A stretch of 64,000 nt of DNA from contig NW_015176014.1 of the NCBI RefSeq assembly GCF_001447785.1, positions 153,633 through 217,632 on the forward strand. Reading direction: 5' to 3'. The notes under the pieces are model-generated. The model had not been told where the DNA came from, did not search any database, and saw only the letters and a program-made list of their open reading frames with translations. A program made the translations under genes and the position numbers. Below are positions 38,401-50,440 of the stretch, in pieces; the stretch's first letter is position 1; each line of letters begins with the position of its first letter. Source of the DNA: Gekko japonicus (taxonomy: Eukaryota).

Positions 38401-41400
38401 GTACAGTGGCTGCCACTTGATTAGACAGAAGCCATTTGCAACGTTACAGCACTGCATATTATGTTGTGGGTCAAAAGTCCCATAAGATTGCATTCCGAAA
38501 GGCTCTTTAGGCTGTGTCAGGCATCTTAATCCCATCTCGCTAGTGTAATGTGACATCACACTGAATTTGGTTAGAAAAGAGAGAGATTGGAATAGGTTAA
38601 CAGTTTGCATTTATTTGACAGTAGAAGGCAGAGCTGGGGATAGAACTTGTGCAATCCATCAGGTCAGATGTGCAAGTGCCCAGGCTATAGTGGTTGCAGT
38701 TCAGAATGACAATGTTAATCTTGCAGGTCATGTTTTCCCAGAATTCAAGGAGAGTGATGCAATGTTTGCAGCAGAAAGGGTGAGTGTTTGGAGTGGGGGA
38801 GGGGGAGCTCCTGTAAAGGGAAATTACTTGTAGTTTTCTAGTAGTAATTATGATCTGTCAGTACTGTTTCTAATACCGTATTTCTGTGAGAGATGTGAGT
38901 ATTCCAGCTGAACGGCCCCCCACCGAGATGCACTGACCACAGCAGCAGACAGTAAACGTATAGAGTAGGGGTGTCAAACTCATTTGTTATGTGGGCCGGA
39001 TCTGATATAAAATGTCACTTTGTCGGGCCGGGCCATGTGTGCCATAAAACGTAATGTCAGGCACCAGAAATAGAAACTGTATAAAGGACAGCAGCTGGTA
39101 AGCTCTGAGTTGATGTATCCTCACCACAAGGCCCCATGGTCTGGGAGAGAAGTACAGAGGAAAACCCACATAGGTGAACTGGAGATGCAGCATGGCAACG
39201 CAGGGCAGATGCTCCCGCGATGCTTGACTGCTGCAGGCGAGGTTGTTCTGCCGTGCTGAGGCCACAATGGAGTGGCTCCACCCACTCCCCCCCCCGCCAG
39301 CATTCCCTCCCTTGCATCAGTTGCTCACGGGCTGCCTAAGAGGCCTGGACGAGCCAGTTCCAGCCCACAGGCCTTACGTTTAACACCCCTGGTATAGAGT
39401 ATCGTACTGCATCTGTAACGTTGGGACTGTGAAGTGGGGTCCAAGAGAACTGTTCATTTCCCTCCTAACTCCTCTCCCTCTCCACTGCCAATTACTTTAT
39501 GGCTCCCATGGGGTATTCTGCTCCTGCAGTCATTATTTATTGGCACACAGCAGAACAGCTTACTCCCTTCTCCAGTGCCTACAGCTTCTGGGATACAATT
39601 ACAGATCGGGAAGAGCCTTCTGTTTTTAACCACCCCTTTAACAATACACATTGAGCTAATATGTGCAGTTCTCCCATCTCTGTGGCTTGTCCGCAGCTAT
39701 GATCTATGTTGGTTGTTTTGTTACCCCAGTCACTTCTCTGTTTCTTTATGACAGGCTCCGGACTGGGTGGATGCGGAGGAGTGTCACCGGTGCCGAGTCC
39801 AGTTTGGAGTGGTGACTCGCAAGGTGGGTGGTGTAGTTCCCTATCCTGGGCACCCTTTGCTGTGGTGATGACATGACGAAGGCCATGTTGAGGCAGCAGG
39901 AGGGTACTGGAGCCATAAGCTGGTGTTTCTCTAAGATGATCAGCTGCCACTTTGATCTGTCTCCTGTGTTCACAGCATCACTGCCGGGCATGTGGACAGA
40001 TCTTTTGTGGAAAGTGCTCGTCCAAGTACTCTACCATTCCCAAGTTTGGCATAGAGAAGGAGGTGCGAGTGTGTGAGCCCTGCTACGAGCATCTCAATAA
40101 GTAAGTATTGGGGCTTGGCTAATAGAGAGCAATCTTGGTACTGAACTTGTGGGAAGAGTGGCATGTTGGCATTCTTCTTTGGTGCTTATGTCTTAATTGT
40201 CTATCCCGCCCTTCCTCAGAATACATGACTTATAACAAATCAAGTGGCCACAGTTTAGGAGCTGTTGAGTATTTCTCTCCCACAGCCTCCACACATGTTG
40301 GGGTTAGAAAGCCAGCCGTTGTGTTCTGGTCACAACCTTGTTGCCTCTTCCTCTTTCTCTCTCCATGTAGAAAATCGGAAGGGAAAGGAACTGGCACCAC
40401 AGAGCTTCCCCCTGAGTACTTGACCAGCCCTCTTTCCCAGCAGTCTCAGGTAAGCACTTGGCTATGTCAGAGAGTTAGGGGGTTCTTTGATTTGTCCACT
40501 CAATTCCTCTTCCTGGTTTACATTGATTACTGCTTGTTCTGGCCACAGATGCCCCCAAAGCGTGATGAAACAGCATTGCAGGAGGAGGAGGAACTCCAGC
40601 TGGCAATTGCACTATCCCAGTCAGAAGCAGAGGAGAAGGAGAGGATGGTTTGTGTTGGGAGAATGACTGGGAAGGGGTGTGTGTGGCTGTTTTCCATGAC
40701 ATGAATGCTCTTGAATCTTTTTGGCTGCTCAGGACATTTTTGGGGCTGGATGTTGTGTGGGGTTCTGTAAAGTAGGATCCATTGGTTGTAACTGACCCAA
40801 AACTGATTCCAGGCAATGTGTTTTAAAGAAAGTTCATAAACTATAATTGCGTCCAATAATTTAAATGTTATACCGATTTTTACATGTGATTGTCTAATTA
40901 AAAATAATAATCAACTTATAATGAACAGGATAAACTAATTTCAGCTCTAATTGCAAACCTGCCTGCCACATACTATAATGAGACGAACCATGGAGAGTAG
41001 CCTGGTTTAATGCCCATATCCACTCATTCCGTGTTCCTGTCTAGTTGTGGCAGGCTGGGGATCAAAATCCACTCCCATATTATCTTGTGTTTTCCTCTTC
41101 AGAGGCAGAAAACTACATATCCCACGTACCCCAAGGCTGAGCCAACACCCATCACTTCATCTGCCCCTCCAGTCAGTACCCTCTATTCCTCACCTGTGGT
41201 AAGTATCCACCCAGCTGGAGTGATTTGCCAGCAAGGGAATGTTTCTCAGTACTTGCTGGCTAAAACCTGGAAGCCATTCAGATCAGCATGCTCCCTGCTA
41301 TGATTCAAACAGTTCTCTCATCACTCATAACATTTCTGTGGTGTTTTGGCAAGTCTTGTCTCAAACCACTTAAAGGATGAGGGTGTGTGCTTTCATCCCA

Positions 41401-44400
41401 CAAGTGGCTTTGCTACTCAGGGTTCCCATGCCTTCAGGCTCAGAAGAAGGAATCGTGCTATCTCCCATTGCCCGTATTTCTCCAGTAGCTCCTAATGAGG
41501 CATATTGGGGGTAGTGTTTCCCCTAAGCTGAGTTAGTGGGAGCTAGCTCACAGTATTTTAGCCTCCAGCTCACCCATTTTTGCCTTAGCTCAGGAAGGAT
41601 GGCTTCAGAGCAAACTAATTTATGCAGCAGCCAAATCACTCGCTCACAACTTTAATGCCAGGAGCTCACAAAGTAGGATTTCTGCTCACAGGACTCCACA
41701 GCATAGAGGGAACATTGATTGGGGGTGCTCTTGATTTTTGCAATTGTAGTGAATTCCATGTGTGTCATTTCAGAATTCCTCTGCACCTCTGGCTGAGGAC
41801 ATTGACCCAGAGGTAAGGTCCGAGCCCCCTAAATCAGTTTGTAACTGGTCTTAGTGAGACTGCGACATCTCAGTTATTTTCTGTTTCCCGATGTTTCCTG
41901 ACAGTTGGCTCGTTACCTGAACCGCAACTACTGGGAAAAGAAGCAGGAAGAAGTCCGCAAGAGCCCCACCCCATCAGCCCCACTCTCCATGGGAGAGCCA
42001 GCTGCCCAAACCGCGGAAATCCAAGCTGCTCCACTCAGCATGGTGGAAGTAAGTAATAGCCTTCTCTCCTACTCTATTAATGGCATAGTTCCCTCTTAGC
42101 TTCTCTAGGGGGCTCTGGAACACAAAATTTTAGATTCCAGCTCAGAGGTTTCTGTTTCTGCACACAAAGTTCCCCCCCTCCATTGGAAACAATGGAGGAT
42201 GGGGGCACCTGGAGCCTGCAGAATTGGAACCCCTGGTCCAATCTTTTTGAAACTTAGGGGGATTTTTGAGGACAGGCACCAGCAGCTTTGTTGCAAATTT
42301 GGTGCCTCTACCTAACCCCCCCCCCCCCCGAGACCGAGATATTCCCAGATCAATTCTCCATTATAGCCTATGGGGACTATTAACTATAATGGTCCCAATA
42401 GGCTACAATGGAGCTGGGGGGAAATGATATATTTTTAAAATTTGCACAACCCTATTATGCTTTTCAGTATGATTTGTAAACTGCCTTGAGTCACAGGGAA
42501 AAGTGGAATATAAATATTTGAATAAATAAGTAATTCAGGCAACTTCCTGTTTGTTAGGTTAGTCAGGGTTCTGACAGCGACCGTTCCTCCTCTGTTATAC
42601 TTGACCTATAATGCTGGTTGTCATATTTCACTAAAAAAACCCAAAGTAGACTGCAAGAGTCCCCCTCTCCCCGCAGTGTGCTCTAAGGTTCAGCACAAGG
42701 CGATAGTCCAAGGCCAGGACTACCAATATAGTGGAATGGGGTGGGTATACCTGTTTTCCAGAGGCCAGATCTAACAATGTAGTGGAAAGGGATGGGTAAA
42801 CCTGTTCTCGGGAGGCCAGGTCTACCAATCTAGTGGAAAGAGGAGACCTGTTCTCTGGAGGCCAGGTCTACCAATGTAGTGGAAAGGGGTGGGCTCATGA
42901 CTTTAGAAGAAGAAGAAGAGATTGGATTTATACCCCGCCCTTCACTCGGAATCTCAGAGTGGCTTACAAACTCCTTTCTCTTCCCCTTCCCACAACAGAC
43001 ACCCTGTGAGGTAGGTGGGGCTGAGAGAGCTCTTTCAAGAACGGCCCTTTCAAGGACAGCTCTTGTCAGAACTATGGCTTGCCCAGGGTCATCCAACAGC
43101 TGCAAGTGGTGGAGTGGCAAATCAAGCCCAGTTCTCCCAGATTAGAGTCCACACACTTAACCACTGCACCAAACTGGCTCTACTACTAGCTTTTTTCACT
43201 CACAAGATAGAATTTCTGCTCACAACACTGTGGAGCTTAGAGGGAACGTTGATTTAATGGGTGTTGCTCAGTAAAGAGAAAGTTGGCCTGGCTGCTTCTT
43301 TTTCAAAGTGGTGCCTTTTGTTTTATTGTACCCCAAATTGGGGTACCAAGGCACACCAAGTCCATTGTTCTGTTCTTATGGGGATCGGATTTCGGGCTTT
43401 ATAGGAGATGCATCCACTGAACAATCAAGGCAAGGGAAAAGAGTGGTCATGTTGGCTAGGCAGAAACCACTTTGGAGAGGTTTTATGCCAGAATTGCAGG
43501 CTGAGTTGAACTAGGAATTGGGGCTTCCAATTGATGGTCTCTCATCTCCCCACAGCAGCAATATCAAAATGGTGAGACTGATGAGAGCCACGAGCAGTTC
43601 CTTAAGGCCCTCCAGAATGCTGTCACCACCTTTCTCAACCGCATGAAAAGCAACCATCTGCGGGGCCGGAGCATCACCAATGACTCGGCAGTGCTCTCAC
43701 TCTTTCAGTCCATCAACAGCATGCACCCCCAGCTCCTGGAGCTGCTCAACCAGCTGGATGAGCGTCGCTGTATGTCACCAGGGCCCCAGTCAACACTACA
43801 GGCGGGAGGGTTGTAGCAGGGCTGGGATCCCCCCCCCCCTTTCTCCACGTAGAATCACGGGAGGCTGATCAGCTTTCCTGTGTGCTTCCAAAGGCAATAT
43901 GCACCTAGTGCCGTTTTTAGAGTCTGGGTGGGATGGGGAGATAGTTTGATGCCTTTGGCCCTTGCCAGCCTTTCCACCTGGTCCTGTAAGAGCTACAGAT
44001 CTGTGGATCTAAATTCAGTCTTAAATCCTAAGGGAAATGTTTGGGTACAACTGGGTCATGAACAGGAATGTGGTCTTCCCATCAGTGTACTATGAGGGAC
44101 TTCAGGACAAACTTGCCCAGATCCGGGATGCACGGGGAGCCCTGAATGCTCTGCGGGAGGAGCACAGAGAGAAGCTGCGCCGTGCTGCTGAAGAGGCGGA
44201 GCGTCAACGGCAGATCCAGCTAGCCCAGAAGCTGGAGATCATGCGACAGAAGAAACAGGTGAGACCCATGTCAGTGCATGCGCCAGGGAAGTCTAGTGTC
44301 AAGATTGGGCTTGCCATTCCTTATAAATGGTTGGTGAGTGGTGGTACCTAGAAGAGTTTTTTGAGGCCTGACGGCTGTGATGGCTGATACAGTGTGTCCT

Positions 44401-46253
44401 TCCATCACGCATAGGAATACCTGGAGATGCAACGGCAGCTGGCCATCCAGCGCCTTCAGGAGCAGGAGAAGGAGCGCCAGTTACGGCTGGAGCAACAAAA
44501 GCAAACAATCCAGATGAGGGCACAGATGCCTGCTTTCTCTCTGCCTTATGCTCAGGTATAAGAGGTGGAGAGTCCAGGGATTACTCTCTTCCCCCTCCTT
44601 CCCCTGCCTGTTTATTATACTGATGCAATAAAGTATGGGAGAAACTACACTGATGCAATGAGAATTGCCGTTTGGGTGGGATGCATCAGACAGAGGATGG
44701 AAATTCTCCCAGATGTCTCTTCTGCAAGCCATGCTGGGAATCCTTTTGGATCGAAAGGTGAGATAGAAATGAAATGGCCATGTTGGCCACCCGTCTGTCT
44801 CTAACACTGCCCAATGTCACTTTCAGCTCCAGGCCATGCCTGCTGCTGGCGGGGTGATCTACCAGCCGTCAGGCCCAACCAGCTTCCCAGGCACTTTCAG
44901 CCCAGCAGGCTCCGTGGAAGGGTCTCCGATGCACACAGTGTACATGAGCCAGCCCGCCCAGGGCAACGCTGGTCCCTACACTGCAATGCCTGTGGCAGGA
45001 ACAGGTGAGACAGTTGGGAGGAAGTGCTATGGAAGTTCAACTGAAGCTTCTAAAACCAGGCTAGTAGATCAGTTGTTGACCTAACGCTCCCTCCCCAAGA
45101 TTACTTGTCTCTCTGTCCTCGTTTCAGATCCCAACATGGTGAGCACCTACATGTACCCATCAGGCACTAATAGCGCTCAAACAGCTGCACAGGGGCAAGC
45201 TGTGCCCACCACTAATCCTGCCTATTCCTCCTACCAGCCTACACCAACCCAGGGCTATCAGGCAAGTTTGCTCACTTCTACCCCAGTATCAGCTGTTGTG
45301 GAAGGTGGGGCGGGGGGTGGGGAGCACTAATTTTGCTGGGTTTTGAGAAGCCAGAGGTCCTGCCCAGACGCATTGTCTGGCTTGTGAGTTAAGTCATGCC
45401 CATGGCATCCTGGGAAATTGGAATAACGTGCCGTTTCTCTGCCGCCACGCCGCTGTGTGCTCAGAGCTTCTGCATCCTTGCCTATTTCTGTCTTCTCTAC
45501 CTTGCAGAATGCAGCTGCCCCCTCACAGACCCAGGCTATCCCTGCCATGACACAGGCTCCACAGTCTGGCGGCACAATCGGCTACATGGGCTACCAGCCC
45601 TACAACATGCAGGTAGGAAAGTACTACTTACTGCTGTGGATATAAGGGTGAGTGGCAAGGAGGAGTTAGTGGGCAATTTCTTACCAGGTTTGTATAGAGG
45701 CAGGGAAATCCCACCTGGGATTGAAGTGTGTGTCTCTGTGTGTGTGGGTGGGTGGTGTTCTTGGACTGATACCAGCTCTGCTTCCGCTCTCCTCTCTTCC
45801 CGACAGAACCTCATGTCAACCCTCCCTGGCCAGGATCCCGCTTTGAGTAACCTGCCACCCCAGCAGCCTTACCTATCAGGGCAGCAGCCCATGTATCAGC
45901 AGGTGAGTCTTGACACTGAGGGAAGTGGCCCAGTACTCCATTCAGCCGTTGATTTTTATCTTGCTGCTGTCGTGTTAATTGGGGGAGGGGTGCCCTGAAT
46001 TCTTGCACGATTCCTGTCAGCCAACTCTGAGGGCTGAGAGATCGGGCAGGAGCCCTTTGCTTACAGGAGGCTTGTGTAGGCACAGGAATGTTTCTTGAGC
46101 GTGGCCTATTTGCTAACCTCTGTGGTTGTCCCCTTGCAGATGGCACCCCCTGGAGGACCTCCGCAGCAGCAGCCACCTCCCCAGCAGGCTCCAGCCCAGG
46201 TGCAGCAGGCACAGGCGGGCAGTGGAGAGGCTCAGCTAATTTCCTTCGACTAA
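29450..46253 (+). CDS. HGS: Hepatocyte growth factor-regulated tyrosine kinase substrate (Hrs, ESCRT-0), 757 aa; exons 29450-29486, 33686-33770, 34558-34633, 34834-34926, 37659-37782, 38727-38779, 39755-39823, 39976-40100, 40371-40449, 40549-40647, 41103-41198, 41774-41812, 41905-42048, 43556-43769, 44086-44258, 44415-44555, 44827-45004, 45128-45261, 45508-45612, 45807-45902, 46140-46253
   Basis: MGRGGGTFERLLDKATSQLLLETDW (VHS), FYVE RKHHCRACG, UIM EEEELQLAIALSQSEAE, PTPSAP motif, coiled coil, C-terminal clathrin box LISFD*. The 21 exons sum to 2274 nt in frame. Confidence 0.98.
31120..31395 (-). mobile_element. tRNA-derived Squam3-like SINE (other copies 42905-43180 minus, 55515-55800 plus, partial 8560-8690)
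   Basis: Head tttggtgtagtggttaag (A box)..ggtttgattcccc (B box), core cctacctcacagggt, tail tataaatccaatctc(ttc)n. Confidence 0.78.
31663..31916. mobile_element. Near-perfect palindromic CpG-rich MITE, TA target duplication
   Basis: ta|GGCTTATCAAGGTCCGGCGGGGGAATCG ... CGATTCCCCCGCCGGACCTTGGTAAGCC|ta; ~124-bp arms with few mismatches. Confidence 0.9.
32681..33636 (+). mobile_element. CR1 LINE, 5'-truncated
   Basis: FNVAKCKVMHIG, ERDLGVVVD, LYKSMVRPHLEYCVQFWSP, FFTQRVINTWNSLP; (TTCTTATG)n tail. Confidence 0.93.
35150..36945 (+). mobile_element. L2 LINE fragment interrupted by an antisense CR1 3' end (36200-36676)
   Basis: RVPQGAIL, YADDTQLY, TSRLDYCN; the insert encodes minus-strand YFFTQRVINTWNSLP. 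Confidence 0.9.
38002..38240 (+). mobile_element. 5S rRNA-derived SINE (another copy 63720-63926, minus)
   Basis: gaagctaagcaggg..tagtatttgaatgggagacc head and gggttgccataag..acttgacgg tail. Confidence 0.78.
38966..39391. mobile_element. hAT (Charlie-like) MITE
   Basis: TIR TAGGGGTGTCAAAC/GTTTAACACCCCTG, perfect 8-bp TSD gtatagag. Confidence 0.9.
41512..41717. mobile_element. hAT MITE
   Basis: TIR tagtgtttccc/gggaacattg, 8-bp TSD attggggg. Confidence 0.85.
42084..43251. mobile_element. Composite hAT element with nested SINE and ~51-bp minisatellite (42712-42895)
   Basis: TIR catagttccctcttagct/agcttagagggaacgttg; TSD attaatgg/atttaatgg (one extra T); right end shared with 41512-41717. Confidence 0.7.
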
Positions 46254-46947
46254 TCTCTCATCTCAAAAGGAGGGGGAGGGGTGGGTTTCTAAGACATTGA
46301 ACACTACGATCTCTTGGGTCACCGCTGTATTTGCTACACCACGGCTGTTACTCTGCACCATCCCCTCAGAGGAATGGAGAACTGAGCCTCTGTTGTTAGT
46401 CTCCTTAGGGCCAGCAGTGTTCACATTTCCTTTGGGCTTCTCCTTGGTTGGGACGTGATGGTGGCCCCCTAGCATCACTGGAGCTGGGTAGCAGACCAGA
46501 GAGCTTTTAAACCACTCACTCCTGTGTGCACTCCTACGGAGCCAGAGACCTTCCATCTCTTCTGGGACTACAGCATTTAAGCATGCTCCAGAGCCTGAGT
46601 AAATGGGATCCAACCTGCAGCATGGCCTGAGCCTGCATCTCCCCCCCCACCCCCTCTTAGTGCCCTGTATGGTTGTATCTTGCCAGTCAAGTGGCCTTCA
46701 CTCTAACTATCCCCTTCCCCCCCCCCCACNNNNNNNNNNNNNNNNNNNNNNNNNNNNNNNNNNNNNNCACACACACACTTGGGACCCTCCACATTTCCCA
46801 TAATAATTTAACAACCTATTCCGCCTCCTCCAGGACTGTTATCTCTTTCGTTCCCTGTATTCTGTCCTAGCCCCTCTCCATCCTCTCCGCTTTTGAAGAC
46901 TCATCTCTCATATTTAGTGCTGGCATAGACAGAATGGAATCAGTGAC

Positions 46948-47159
46948 AATAAAGTATTTAAAACTTTTTTCAGTCTGTGCTTTCTCATGAGCGCTGTATT
47001 AAGTTTTAGTTCTGCCTGCAGAGGCGTTCTGCAGAGCCAGCTATTGTGATGTGTGACTGTCGCGCTCAGCATGTGGCCTGAGGGTAGGAGCCCTTCTGCA
47101 GCTTTGAACTGGGAGAGCAGTTCCCCAAGCCCCTTTACAGAACCCCATCTGTGAATAAA
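46948..47159 (+). terminator. HGS polyadenylation signals AATAAA (46948-46953 and 47154-47159)
   Basis: Canonical hexamers 0.7 and 0.9 kb after the stop, followed by T/GT-rich sequence. Confidence 0.6.
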
Positions 47160-47266
47160 CATCAGAGACATCCACTTTGATTTCAGTGTTTAATTTTTAC
47201 ATCCTTCCTGTAAATATTGCTATCCTATTTTCTTCTTCTTCTGCTGCTGCTGCTGCTATCCAATAG

Positions 47267-50200
47267 CTAGCATTCAGATAACTGCCTCCGGCGAAAGATC
47301 AGGCATTTGGTATATTCAGGCATCTCCACCTGAGGAAGAAAAATAACCTGTTGAGCTGTAGAAGAGGGGATTCATGCAGACAAGGTGGGGAAAACAAGGA
47401 TCACAGAGATCGCCAGGGACAAGGCATGGGGGCAGAGTCTCTGCAGTTGTAGGGCACTGTTCCTTGTGAGAGTCTGGGCTGGCTTCTGCCTCTTACCATC
47501 CGCTCAAGCCATAACGCATTGGTGTTGGCCAGCTGACGAAGCTCCTCCACATCTCTCAGCCCCCACTCGGGGTTCCTGCCATTGAAAAAAGTACAGTGAG
47601 CAGAGCTTCCTTCTTTGAATCCAGTCCTTAGGCCTTGTCCCTAAGAAGGGGGAGAATAGGCTGATGGTCGAATATAAACTCCCACTTTCTATAACCTGTG
47701 CTGTTATGCTAGAAGTTGAATGCTGAACTTGTAAACAAACATTGCACATAAGTCTCTGTGCTTCCCTTCTGGCGGATCTCGCTAGGGTTTCGGTGGTCCT
47801 AAAGAAGTAAGATCCAGTCCTTCAGCTCTAATTTACCTGGCCTGAAGCATTTCATCTAGCTGCACATTGCATTCTGGTAGGATGATCCCATTCATGGCAA
47901 AAGGCTGTGGAGTGGAAACAGAATCAGAATTACTTGGCTGCTACAGATAGGAGTAATCTGTGGCGTTCTTAGGGCAGTGGTTTAGTATAAAGCAGTGGTG
48001 GCCAAACTTGCTTAACGTAACAGCCACAAAGAGTAAACGTCAGCTGTATGAGAGCTGCGAGACATGAATATTATACACGTTTTTATTGAAAATATGCATA
48101 TTTGCTTTTTATTAACATTAAATTAGACTGTGTGAAATAGCCACATGTGGCTCCCGAGCTGCAGTTTGGCCACCCCTAGTATAAAGGCACAGCAAGATGA
48201 GGAGTAACCAACAACTTCAAAAGAGCTAAATTTCTTGAAATCTGCAAGTGGAATTCAACTTTTCTGCCTTACTTCCAAACTCCTTCAATGTCTCTGGGGT
48301 ACAAGCCCGCCCTGCTGCAATGACATTAAATGTGATGTGGGGGTCTACAATTAGCAAGTGAAATTGGTCAACCCCATCACCGCTGGGAAGTACCTTTTTA
48401 CCTATAGAAATAGATCACAGGATCTAACCTATTAAATACTGCTGAATCATACTGTTTCCCTGTTGGTGGAATAGAAATGGCCTTCCTTGTTTTTGACAAA
48501 GAAAGCTTGAAGTGATAATGTCAGCTTTTTGATCTTCAGGCACAGGAAATTATGGATAGTAAGTCCCCGTGGTCCTTTACTGGTGGAATTTGTTACTGCT
48601 ACTTGCTCCCTTGTCCTTCAATAATGTATGCATACTGTGCTGCCGCGGCCAGCGTTTTATAGGAGAGAGCAGCTTTTCTTTTAAGGGCTGGAGGGAAATC
48701 CGATCTCCTTTTCCTTTAGACTGGGGGGGAACATCTCATCTTTCCTTTTCACTGTTCCGTCTAGCACTAAGTCGGAAGTCAACAGCGCCTTCTGGACATG
48801 ATCAACACACGGCCAGAACAAAGTAGAATTAAATCACTTCTTACTAAATTCCATATGCATTCAGAAGATGTCCTTACTTACAGTCAATCAGGGTGAATAA
48901 CTGGTGAAGTTCACATCTTTTGTAATCTAACATACTATACAGTTTTTGATATATAAATGGAGTAGACACTGGGATAGTACATGGTTCAGAGAGACAGGAA
49001 TTCTATTGTAAATGTTGGTGACTGATGTTTATATAAGAAATACTTTTCTATACTCACCCCGTAGGCCAGGCAAATGCCTCCAGGTTTCAGCAGTTGTCCT
49101 ATACCTTTAAACATCCCCTGCAACATAAAACAGGGAGTCGGAAAAGGCTCTACCCTGTTCCTCTGATGTTACGCAATCCACAGAGTCCCAATTAGTAGCC
49201 CAGTGAGACGGTCAGGTCCCACCGTTGTTTCCCACTCCCCCCCCCGTCACACCTCCAGGCCTTGTTCAGTCATGTGTAGTAGGTTGATGATCACAATGAA
49301 GTCACAGCAGCCCTGCCCCAGGCCAGCCCACTGACTCCAGGGCTGTGACACATCGATGGTCAGGGGTTCTCGGACATTGGTCACTTTGGTGGCACGGATG
49401 TAAGCACAGATGCTGTAGACAAAGGTGAGAGTCATACGTTTTTCTACCATGCTGTCACCAAATGGTCCCAGTCTCCCCAAAAGCGGCACTGGCTTCAGAT
49501 GCAGTCAGACAATATCATAGGATGGCAAGTATCTCTCTGATAGTGTTTTTAAAAAACCGCTTGTCCTTTTTTGACAGGAATTTGGACTAGAAACATGATA
49601 AAATGCAGCTGGTGCTTATATTGGTTAGCTGTCTGAAAAAAATCCTTATGGCCTGCCCCCAAATTAAAGCTGACTACTGGACCTTTTAAGCTCAATGCAA
49701 TATGGTCAATGTCTCTTTGTTCCCACGTCACAATTCCAAACTGTGGCTTATTTTTTGTGTTTTAATCTGGCACACAACACCCATAACTGTTTTAAGAGTA
49801 TGCATAACCAGACTAAGTAGTCTTAGCAACACTAGGTACTGAAGCCCAAAGTGCATCTACCTGAGCAGACCTCTGTGTTACACTACAGGGGATCATTCCC
49901 CTGTATGTCTACCAACAGGCACCCCTTCAACAACATACCACTTCCTTTTGCTTACCCAGAAGACATGTTAAGTTGGACTCTATTCATCATAAAACAGGGA
50001 ATGACCTAGCTGTTTTTATAAGCCATAGAACACAAGTATTTTTATGCAGTTCTTAACTATTCTTTCTGCTCTGCTACAAACTGAGATCCAAAGGAACCAC
50101 CCCTCTAAGCGGCTACTCACAACTGAACTGAGACAGAACAGGGTAATAACGAAAGTGAAGATTTTGTATTTAACACAATTCTATCTCATGGCAACAAGGG

Positions 50201-50440
50201 AGAGAATAGTCCACCCCTGCTGGCAGCACCAGACTCCCAAGTGTACCTCTGTTGAGAAGCTGAACTGATTTCGGAAGGTTGCCAGGTCACGCTGGGTAGA
50301 GCCTGGGCAAAGTGCACTACGTGCTGTCCAGTCCCAGATCCTAGTTCCAGCCCAAAAGCTGAACTTGTTTCATCTACATAGTCAGCCAGAACCTCCAGGA
50401 TAGGTTCTTTGTTCCTCTCTGCCATGGGAGAAACCAGCAT
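47267..50440 (-). CDS. METTL26: METTL26-family (DUF938/UPF0585) SAM-dependent methyltransferase-like protein, 207 aa, probably a paralog; exons 50440-50247, 49412-49253, 49117-49058, 47904-47837, 47575-47497, 47329-47267
   Basis: MLVSPMAERNKEPIL..LELGSGTGQHVVHFAQALPSVTWQPSE..INLLHM..GQLLKPGG..YGPFAMNG..RNPEWGLRDV..LERMVEMP..KCLIFRR. Six GT-AG exons, 624 nt in frame, colinear with human METTL26. The family is certain; one-to-one orthology is not. Confidence 0.92.
47993..48178. mobile_element. hAT MITE
   Basis: TIR cagtggtggccaaact/agtttggccaccccta, 8-bp TSD gtataaag. Confidence 0.88.

Noticed and set aside
49836-49990. C/D box snoRNA pair (ATGATGA at the minus-strand 5' end of the 155-bp repeat)
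   Set aside because: No CTGA D box near the 3' end and no terminal stem.
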